A stretch of DNA of 64,000 bases from Polyangiaceae bacterium (GTDB lineage Bacteria; Myxococcota_A; Polyangia; Polyangiales; Polyangiaceae): NCBI GenBank assembly GCA_033763455.1, contig JANRKO010000080.1:30939-94938 (forward strand). The letters run 5' to 3'. Below, piece after piece: positions 56,859-64,000 of this stretch. Under the pieces are notes generated by a model. The model saw only the letters and a list, made by a program, of their open reading frames with translations. It did not search any database and was not told the origin of the DNA. Each line of letters opens with the position of its first letter. Positions within the stretch are counted from its first letter, which is position 1. The position numbers and the translations under genes are program-made.

Positions 56859-57727
56859 AGAGCTCTACCTTCGGTAAGCCTTCTTTGGGGGTGCGTATTG
56901 CAACGCACCTCACGCTGCTGTTGTTGGCGGTGCCCTACATGCTCCCCCTCTTGTGGATGTTATCTACTTCCCTCAAAGAAGACACTCAGATCTTCCCACG
57001 CGAAGGAGCCGCCACCTCCGCTCTGGCGCTTGAGAATCTCCTGCCGCACCCCATTGCGTGGCACAACTACCCGGATGCAATGGCTACGGTGCCTTTCGGT
57101 GTTTATCTCAAAAATACGCTGCTTCTGTGCGTGGTCAACGTCGTTGGCGCTGTTCTTTCGAGTGCCATCATCGCGTATGGCTTCGCGCGTTTGCAGTTCC
57201 GTGGGCGGGATGCCCTATTCATGCTGATGATTGCCACCATGGCTCTTCCTGGCCAGGTTACGATGATCCCAACCTTTGCCCTCTTCAGGGAGCTCGGGTG
57301 GTACGGCACGTTTCTGCCGCTGACGGTGCCCGCGTTTTTCGGCGCGCCGTTCTTTGTATTTTTGATGCGCCAGTTCTTCCTCACGTTGCCCACGGAGCTT
57401 TCAGAAGCTGCGCGAATGGAAGGGGCTACCGAATGGCAGATTTTGTGGCGAGTGGTGCTCCCGCTATCCAAGCCCGTTCTGGCAACGTGTGCGCTCTTTC
57501 AATTCTTGGGCACTTGGAACGATTTCTTTGGTCCGTTGCTCTACGTGAACGATCCTCAGAAGTATACGTTGGCGTACGGTCTTCAGCAGTTCATGTCGAG
57601 TTACGGCGGGAAGTGGGCTCAGCTGATGGCGGCCTCAACGCTCTTCATCCTCCCCATCCTGGTGCTGTTCTTTCTCGCACAAAAGACCTTCATTCAGGGC
57701 ATTGCTACGACTGGCTCGAAGGATTGA
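56855..57727 (+). CDS. Carbohydrate ABC transporter permease
   Basis: AYGFARLQFRGRD, LSEAARMEGA, WNDFFGPLLY, FIQGIATTG. Confidence 0.93.
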   Translation: MKSSTFGKPSLGVRIATHLTLLLLAVPYMLPLLWMLSTSLKEDTQIFPREGAATSALALENLLPHPIAWHNYPDAMATVPFGVYLKNTLLLCVVNVVGAVLSSAIIAYGFARLQFRGRDALFMLMIATMALPGQVTMIPTFALFRELGWYGTFLPLTVPAFFGAPFFVFLMRQFFLTLPTELSEAARMEGATEWQILWRVVLPLSKPVLATCALFQFLGTWNDFFGPLLYVNDPQKYTLAYGLQQFMSSYGGKWAQLMAASTLFILPILVLFFLAQKTFIQGIATTGSKD

Positions 57728-57878
57728 AGTGGGCTTAAGGCGAGGGTTTTCAGCCGTGCAGCATAAGTTCGCAATGCCGACCCGAAGGCCGATGTGGTGA
57801 GCTTGGCGTTGCCGTGCGCTCGCAGATCTATTCTTCACGTGAGTTTGCCCGTACGCTGCACAGCTACGGGAGATACTC

Positions 57879-58256
57879 ATGGAACAGCAGAACATAGCAA
57901 TCATTGGGCTCGGTAGGATCGGCTCTGCGTTTCTTGAGGAAATGCTCAAAAAGAAAGCTGGCGGCATACGGATTGCGTGTGTTGCCGAGTTCAACGAAAC
58001 TGCCGGCAGGGCTCTGGCTGAGGCGAACGGGATCCAGGTTGTCACGTTGGACGATATCGTGGCCATGGGCAACGATATCGACGTCATCTTTGATCTTACC
58101 GGTCTGCCAACTGTGCGCAAAGAGCTTCGCGAAAAACTCACGACTGCGAACAATCGTCACACGGTGATTGCGTCTGAGACCATCATGCGTGTCATCTGGG
58201 CATTGATCAGCGACTCATCTTTGCCTTTCATCGCGGGACGCAAGGTCGGTTACTAG
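57879..58256 (+). CDS. Small stand-alone NAD(P)-binding Rossmann-domain protein
   Basis: IAIIGLGRIG, IDVIFDLTG; RBS GGGAG. Confidence 0.7.
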   Translation: MEQQNIAIIGLGRIGSAFLEEMLKKKAGGIRIACVAEFNETAGRALAEANGIQVVTLDDIVAMGNDIDVIFDLTGLPTVRKELREKLTTANNRHTVIASETIMRVIWALISDSSLPFIAGRKVGY

Positions 58257-58378
58257 CGGTTCTGGTGAAACCCGCCATTGGTGCCGCGAGCCTCTTTTCG
58301 CTAGGTTCGCTCGCGTGCGCCCGTTTCAAAGGATTCAATGGCCGCCTGCGCTAGCTGCAGTGAATACGGGGCGAGATT

Positions 58379-58411
58379 TGACCAAATTCGTTTGTGATCG
58401 TAATTTGGTCA
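58379..58411. promoter_or_regulatory. Perfect 10-bp inverted repeat abutting the ATPase start codon
   Basis: TGACCAAATT-N13-AATTTGGTCA. Confidence 0.55.
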
Positions 58412-58412
58412 G

Positions 58413-59636
58413 ATGGATCGTCGCTATCTTACGCCCGAAATTGAGTCTCTTGCTTTTGGAAGCTTTAAGATGGCTTTCCTCTCCGGCCCGCGTCAGGTCG
58501 GCAAAACCACCCTATCCAAGTTGCTCCTCGGGGAGAGGGAGCTAGGAGCCTACTACTCCTGGGACGATGTGGTCTTTCGAAGGCAATGGGTCAAGGATCC
58601 TAAAGAGCTCGTTCCGGCGGGCAAGCCTAACTGCAAGCCACTCGTGATCTTGGACGAAATCCACAAAGCAAAGTTGTGGAAGCGTTCACTCAAAGGTGTA
58701 TTTGACGTCATGGGTGAGAAGGTTGATCTCCTCGTGACCGGCAGTGCACGACTCGGCGTCTATCGACGGGGAAGCGACAGCCTTTTGGGTCGCTATTTTC
58801 ACTTTCGGTTGCATCCTTTTTCCATCGCTGAACTTTCGCGGGCTCGTCCGCGTGAGCCCGAGGAAGCGCTCAACGAGATCATTTCCCGTTCACGTGTCAG
58901 TTCGGAACGTAACCAAAGCGTGCTCAATGCGCTTCTGCGCTACGGAGGCTTCCCAGAGCCGTTTTTGGCAGCCAGCGATAAGCGTGCTCGTCTTTGGCGA
59001 CGAGGGCGTGTGGAGAAGGTTATCCGTGAAGATCTGCGCGATCTAAGTCGGCTACCAGATCTCAGCCGTATCGAAATGTTAGCTTCACTTCTTCCAGAGC
59101 GTGTTGGTTCGTTAGTGAGCGTGGCCTCCCTCAGGGAAGATCTCGAGGTAAGCCACGACAGCGTCAAGCGCTGGTTGGGCGCGTTGAGCGAGCTGTACTA
59201 CCTCTATGAGGTCAAGCCGTACCACCCAGGGATCCGGCGATCTTTGCGTAAGGAGGGCAAGATCTACCTGTGGGATCACAGTGAAGTGGAAGCGCCGGGC
59301 CCTCGTTTTGAGAACTTAGTAGCGGGGCATTTGCTCAAGGCGTGCGACTACTGGACGGACACGGGAGAAGGCGATTTCTCGCTACGATACCTACGTGACA
59401 AGGAGAAACGTGAGCTAGATTTCTTGATTGTTCGCGACAAGAAGCCATGGCTGCCGGTCGAAGTGAAGCTGAGTGACCTCGAACCATCACCAGCCTGGAA
59501 GCATTTCCTTCCTCAACTCCCCTGCAACGTCGGCCTCCAATTGGTCGCAACTCCCGGGCACTGGAAGTGGCACACTGTCGGCAACAAGCGGGTTCTAGTT
59601 GCATCCGCGGCAGCGTTGCTTGAGTACCTAATCTGA
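58413..59636 (+). CDS. AAA_14 ATPase with DUF4143 C-terminal domain
   Basis: GPRQVGKT, ILDEIHK, VTGS, YGGFPE, FENLV, ELDF, PVEVK. Confidence 0.9.
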   Translation: MDRRYLTPEIESLAFGSFKMAFLSGPRQVGKTTLSKLLLGERELGAYYSWDDVVFRRQWVKDPKELVPAGKPNCKPLVILDEIHKAKLWKRSLKGVFDVMGEKVDLLVTGSARLGVYRRGSDSLLGRYFHFRLHPFSIAELSRARPREPEEALNEIISRSRVSSERNQSVLNALLRYGGFPEPFLAASDKRARLWRRGRVEKVIREDLRDLSRLPDLSRIEMLASLLPERVGSLVSVASLREDLEVSHDSVKRWLGALSELYYLYEVKPYHPGIRRSLRKEGKIYLWDHSEVEAPGPRFENLVAGHLLKACDYWTDTGEGDFSLRYLRDKEKRELDFLIVRDKKPWLPVEVKLSDLEPSPAWKHFLPQLPCNVGLQLVATPGHWKWHTVGNKRVLVASAAALLEYLI

Positions 59637-60173
59637 CACTCCGGCACCCGGTGGTCCGCCTTCAGCCAACGGAAATCGGCGCGCCGCTTGATACACGACG
59701 ATGGCCGCCGCCGTGGTGAGATTGATCGAACCGCCCATGCCATCCGTCGGGATCTCGATGAATTGGTCCGCAAGAGCTAGCACTTCTTTGGAGACACCGT
59801 GGCGCTCAGCGCCCAGCACCAAGCAAAGGGGCGCTTCGGTGCGTATTCCCTCTGGCGGCACGCTTCCCTCGCACAGCTCGATCGCAGCAATCGAGTAGCC
59901 CGCGGCACGGCTTTCAAGCACAATTTCGGTGGCTGTGGCGCGAGGTTCCCACGGAACCCACCCGAGTGTTCCGGATGCAGCACGGGTGAGCCTGCGCTTG
60001 TGAAGCGCAAGATCGAAACCACACACATACAATCGCTCGACGCGAAACGCGTCGCACAGACGAAAGAGTGTTCCGATGTTGGGAAGGTGGGTGACGCCGT
60101 CGAGTACGAGGCGGATCGGGCGCCGCGGTAAGCTTGGAAATTCACGGCGATCAGGGCGAGGTGCGCGTGGCAT
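59628..60173 (-). CDS. TrmH/SpoU-family RNA methyltransferase
   Basis: NIGTLFRLCDAF, LVLGAERHGV, IEIP..G...SINL. Confidence 0.9.
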   Translation of the reverse strand: MPRAPRPDRREFPSLPRRPIRLVLDGVTHLPNIGTLFRLCDAFRVERLYVCGFDLALHKRRLTRAASGTLGWVPWEPRATATEIVLESRAAGYSIAAIELCEGSVPPEGIRTEAPLCLVLGAERHGVSKEVLALADQFIEIPTDGMGGSINLTTAAAIVVYQAARRFPLAEGGPPGAGVSD

Positions 60174-60509
60174 GGCGGAGCCACTTCATATCAAGCCCTG
60201 GCTCCGAAACCAGACCCACATGTGCCCCAAAATCGCTCATTCGCGTGAGCGATTCACAAAGCTCCTATATTTGCCGATAAATCGCAGCTGCGTGTGTAGG
60301 TGTCTATCCTGCCAATGGAGATAGCGCCCTGCAATGTGTGGAGTATCAATACTGAATTAGAGCTTTCGGTTGCAACTTCACTGCATGGGAAAATGCACAG
60401 CGCTTGCGAAGAAGTGTTGATCTTTCTTTCGTGCGTTGCAATCGTGCGGTCGACCTTCGGAGGTCTTCGCTGATCTCTGTTTTACGTTTGCCGTTGAGAG
60501 GAAGCTTAC

Positions 60510-63500
60510 ATGAAGTACGCATCACTTAGGTTGGTTAGCATCGTCTGGCTTGTCATCCTTTCTGTGCGTTGCGGCACCTCGCCGTCTTCGCCAGGGGGAG
60601 CGCCAGAGGTAACTACCTCCAACGCAACGACGCCAACGCCAGTGCTTGATTTGACGGGATCAGGGGGATCCATGTCTGGGCCCGTGAGCATCAACCTGGG
60701 CAATGCGGGAGCGAGCGGTGCCGGAATGTGCGCGAACATGTCGTGCCCTCCAGAAGGTATGCCGACGGCAACGTGCGGTAATGGGCTGATCGAAACCGGG
60801 GAGGTATGTGATGATGGCAATTCGACGCCGGGTGACGGCTGTTCGGGCCTCTGCCGTGTGGAAGCCAATTTTGCCTGTCCGGCACCCGGGGCAGCGTGCG
60901 TGACGACGATCGTTTGTGGCAACGGAACGCTTGAAGGCAGCGAGGCCTGCGACGATCGCAACGTTCTCCCACTCGATGGCTGCGATGCCGGTTGTAACGT
61001 TGAGACCGGGTATGGCTGCGCAACCCCTGGGCAGCCCTGCACGCCTGTGGCCCAAGCGGTTTGCGGTGATAGTGTCCCCAATGCCGGGGAAACCTGTGAC
61101 GACGGAGGAACTCTATCTGGCGACGGTTGCAGCGCTAGTTGCCAGCTTGAGCCTGGCTACAATTGTCCCCAGCCGGGGCAAGCCTGTGTGCTCGATGAGT
61201 ACTGTGGCAATGGCAATCTGAGCGACACTGAAGCCTGTGACGACGGCAACCCCACACCGGGCGATGGTTGCACGGGTCTTTGCAACATAGAGCCCTTCTT
61301 CGTTTGCCCGACGCCCGGCACGCCCTGCCAAAGCACTATCGTCTGCGGCGATTCTAAGGTGGTCGGCGATGAAGCCTGCGACGACGGCGACATGGCTCCA
61401 GGAGATGGCTGTGCCGGTGACTGCAAATCGACCGAACCTGGCTTTTCGTGCCCCACCACCGCCGGCGTGGGCGGATCTTGTACCGCGGTGCCTGTCGCCC
61501 GGTGTGGCGATGGCTCCCTCGACTTTGGCGAATACTGCGACGATGGCAATACCAATCCAGCCGACGGTTGCACCGACCTTTGTGAGGTCACCGCTGGCTA
61601 CACATGCGCCCAACCGGGTTACGCGTGCTCGATCATTGAATGGTGTGGCGACGGCAAACTCAGCTTGGCTCGCAACGAGCAATGTGACGACGGTTCCAAG
61701 TGCGACAACGGCACAGCGTGCTCCAGCGATGCAGGTTGCGTGAATATTGGCAGCGGAAAGTGCCTACCCCGCGGAGGCGATGGCTGCGCGGCCACTTGCG
61801 TTACTGAAGCCAACTTCGCGTGTCCAGAGCCGGGTTCCCCCTGCGTTTCCACGGTTGTTTGCGGCGACGGTAAGGTTACCGGCAATGAAACCTGTGACGA
61901 TAAGAATGGCGCCTCAGGTGATGGTTGTAGTGCCTGTCAAGTGGAAGCTGGCTGGACGTGTTTGCCGGGTAGCGTGTGCCTGCCGACCCAATGCGGCGAT
62001 TCGTTAAAGGTTGGGTCGGAACAATGTGACGACGGCAACGGAACGGCCGGCGACGGATGTGGTTCAACGTGCAAGCTTGAATTACCCGGACCAACGGAAC
62101 CGAACGGCTGGAAGTGTCCCACAGTGGGAAGCCCATGTGTGCGCACTACCTGCGGAAATGGAGTGGCGGAGGGTTCCGAGCAATGCGACGACGGCAACAC
62201 CTACTCAGGTGACGGGTGCAACCCCTTTTGTAGACGAGAGCCCCAATGCCCCGTAGCGGGCGGTGCTTGCACGACGCTTTGCGGTGACGGGCTACTTTTG
62301 CCCGTCGATATTGCCGCGGGGCAAGAGTGCGATGATGGCAACCAGCTAGGTGGCGACGGTTGCTCTGCAACGTGCAAGGTCGAATCGGGGTACCTCTGCC
62401 CGGCAGTGGGAACCACGCCCAATCCGCTCATCTACCCCATCACCTACCGGGACTTTAAGGCGAACGGCCAAACCGGCGGCCACCAGGACTTTGAGAACCA
62501 GTGTTGCTATTCCTCCACCCCCGGCTCCGTACAATCGACGTTAGCTGCCGACGGTAAGCCTCTTTGGAACGGCAATGATGACTGGATAACAAGTGCAGCT
62601 TCATTCAACTCCTGGTACCACGACAGTAGCCTCAATAAGCCTATTCTTGATACGATCACATTCACGGAGGTGACCCCTGGCGTTTATCAGTTTGAAGATT
62701 CAAGTTTCTATCCGGTTGATGGTAAGGGCTGGGGTAATTATCAGCCATTTATGAGTGGTGTGCACAATTATCACTTCACATCAGAGCTTCGTTACTGGTT
62801 TCAGTACAATGGCAACGAGAAGCTCGATTTTTATGGCGATGATGATTTGTGGGTGTTCATCAACAAGAAGCTCGCTATCGATTTGAGCGGTGTGCATCCT
62901 GCAGCCAACGGTAGCGTGCTCCTCAATGCCAGTAACGGTACAGGGCGTGTGTGCGATTTCACGAGCCCCTGCCCGACGCGCCGCACGGTGGATTTTGGCC
63001 TTGTTCAAGGGCAGGTGTACGAAGTGGCCATCTTCCAAGCCGAGCGCCACACGGACGGCTCTGGGTACAAGCTCACCCTTTCGAATTTCAACATTCCACG
63101 CAGTAATTGCACCACGTTTTGCGGAGATGGAATCGTTGCTGGAACTGAGGCCTGTGATTTGGGCACTGCCAAGAACACAGGCGCGTATGGTACCTGTAAC
63201 AGCAACTGCACCTTACCTCCGAGCTGTGGAGATAAGACGGTGCAGGCAGGCAACGGCGAGCAGTGCGACGACGGCATCAACCTCGCGACGTACGGTGGAA
63301 GCGTTCAAAAGTGTGGGCCAGGCTGCAAGTGGGCTCCCTATTGTGGTGATGGCGCGATTGGCGCGGGTGAGCAATGCGACGCGGGCGCCAACAATCAAGC
63401 AGGCGCGGCGTATGGTGGCTGTACCACGAGCTGCACGCTTGGGCCTGCCTGCGGAGATGGCGTTACCACCAATGGCGAAGCGTGTGACGCTGGTGTGTTG

Positions 63501-63890
63501 AACGGCACCTCCTCCAGCAAGTGCCAGCTTGATTGCAAGCTCAAGTGCGGCAATGGCACCCTCGATGCTGGCGAACAGTGTGACGAGGGCACCGCGAATA
63601 ACACTGGCGGTTACGGCAAATGCACCAACACCTGCTTGTTCGGTCCACGCTGTGGCGACGGCGTCAAGCAGGTGAACGAAATGTGTGACGACGGGAAAAA
63701 CGACGGCAGCTATGGGACCTGCGCCCCCCTCTGTGTACTTGGTCCACGCTGCGGAGACGGCGCGTTACAAGCCACAGCTGGCGAGCTCTGCGACAATGGA
63801 GCTCAAAACATGAGCGCTGCCTATGGCAAGAACCTCTGCAGCACCGCGTGCCGGCCGGCCCTGTCAGCGGGCATCCGAAACAGCGGCTAG
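60510..63890 (+). CDS. Fibro-slime/PA14 domain lipoprotein with 18 myxobacterial Cys-rich (DUF4215-type) repeats; C-terminus possibly truncated
   Basis: 11 + 7 CG[DN]x...ExCD repeats flank a domain with YRDF, HNYHFTSE, GDDDLWVFIN and FQAERH. Confidence 0.88.
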   Translation: MKYASLRLVSIVWLVILSVRCGTSPSSPGGAPEVTTSNATTPTPVLDLTGSGGSMSGPVSINLGNAGASGAGMCANMSCPPEGMPTATCGNGLIETGEVCDDGNSTPGDGCSGLCRVEANFACPAPGAACVTTIVCGNGTLEGSEACDDRNVLPLDGCDAGCNVETGYGCATPGQPCTPVAQAVCGDSVPNAGETCDDGGTLSGDGCSASCQLEPGYNCPQPGQACVLDEYCGNGNLSDTEACDDGNPTPGDGCTGLCNIEPFFVCPTPGTPCQSTIVCGDSKVVGDEACDDGDMAPGDGCAGDCKSTEPGFSCPTTAGVGGSCTAVPVARCGDGSLDFGEYCDDGNTNPADGCTDLCEVTAGYTCAQPGYACSIIEWCGDGKLSLARNEQCDDGSKCDNGTACSSDAGCVNIGSGKCLPRGGDGCAATCVTEANFACPEPGSPCVSTVVCGDGKVTGNETCDDKNGASGDGCSACQVEAGWTCLPGSVCLPTQCGDSLKVGSEQCDDGNGTAGDGCGSTCKLELPGPTEPNGWKCPTVGSPCVRTTCGNGVAEGSEQCDDGNTYSGDGCNPFCRREPQCPVAGGACTTLCGDGLLLPVDIAAGQECDDGNQLGGDGCSATCKVESGYLCPAVGTTPNPLIYPITYRDFKANGQTGGHQDFENQCCYSSTPGSVQSTLAADGKPLWNGNDDWITSAASFNSWYHDSSLNKPILDTITFTEVTPGVYQFEDSSFYPVDGKGWGNYQPFMSGVHNYHFTSELRYWFQYNGNEKLDFYGDDDLWVFINKKLAIDLSGVHPAANGSVLLNASNGTGRVCDFTSPCPTRRTVDFGLVQGQVYEVAIFQAERHTDGSGYKLTLSNFNIPRSNCTTFCGDGIVAGTEACDLGTAKNTGAYGTCNSNCTLPPSCGDKTVQAGNGEQCDDGINLATYGGSVQKCGPGCKWAPYCGDGAIGAGEQCDAGANNQAGAAYGGCTTSCTLGPACGDGVTTNGEACDAGVLNGTSSSKCQLDCKLKCGNGTLDAGEQCDEGTANNTGGYGKCTNTCLFGPRCGDGVKQVNEMCDDGKNDGSYGTCAPLCVLGPRCGDGALQATAGELCDNGAQNMSAAYGKNLCSTACRPALSAGIRNSG

Positions 63891-64000
63891 CTGAGCGGAA
63901 AGGCGCCCAAGCTTATTTATCCGCTGGCACAAAGCTCAGATTCTGCGCTCAGGGGAAAGGCGTAAAATTGGTCCAAAGCGCGTTAGCTCTTGGATGATCG

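Noticed and set aside
60391..60406. Sigma54-like ATGCAC-N5-TTGC upstream of the fibro-slime gene
   Set aside because: It lacks the invariant GG at -24.
60770..63850. Periodic TGCGGCGA/TGCGACGA repeats resembling an array
   Set aside because: They are degenerate, in-frame coding repeats of the Cys-rich protein, not CRISPR or non-coding repeats.

Overview
This window looks like chromosomal DNA from a myxobacterium (Myxococcota, probably Polyangiales; roughly 60% GC by eye). The assignment rests on an FHA-sigma54 activator next to a Ser/Thr kinase, cysteine-rich repeat proteins and a MYXO-CTERM-like tail. (1) 233-18473 is the strongest candidate for an undescribed system: five translationally coupled genes forming a greatly enlarged poly-gamma-glutamate (PGA)-type synthase operon. 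It encodes a tandem-duplicated PgsC/CapC fused to an apparently inactive hydrolase-like domain, an 809-aa exported protein, a lipoprotein with PGA-hydrolase-like Zn motifs, a 1609-aa protein with a predicted C-terminal outer-membrane beta-barrel, and a 1420-aa HEAT-repeat/PgsB ligase fusion. A CHASE2 pseudo-kinase sits divergently, and the leader has a degenerate c-di-GMP-riboswitch-like sequence. The layout resembles synthase-dependent exopolysaccharide secretion, but for a polyamide. (2) 18475-21817 holds small metabolic and regulatory genes. (3) About 22-43 kb is a cellulose-utilisation locus: lipid-anchored GH48, two GH9, stand-alone CBM lipoproteins, a LamB-like porin, GH1 and a kinase/activator module. 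A recurring GATC-N5-GATC palindrome marks intergenic regions here and on to 48.6 kb. (4) 43-64 kb holds an MFS transporter, surface lipoproteins with shared terminal motifs, two DUF3943-like barrels, sugar ABC genes, an AAA ATPase, a TrmH methyltransferase and an apparently truncated fibro-slime protein. All calls come from motif recognition by eye; no searches were run. I saw no rRNA, tRNA, CRISPR array or transposase.
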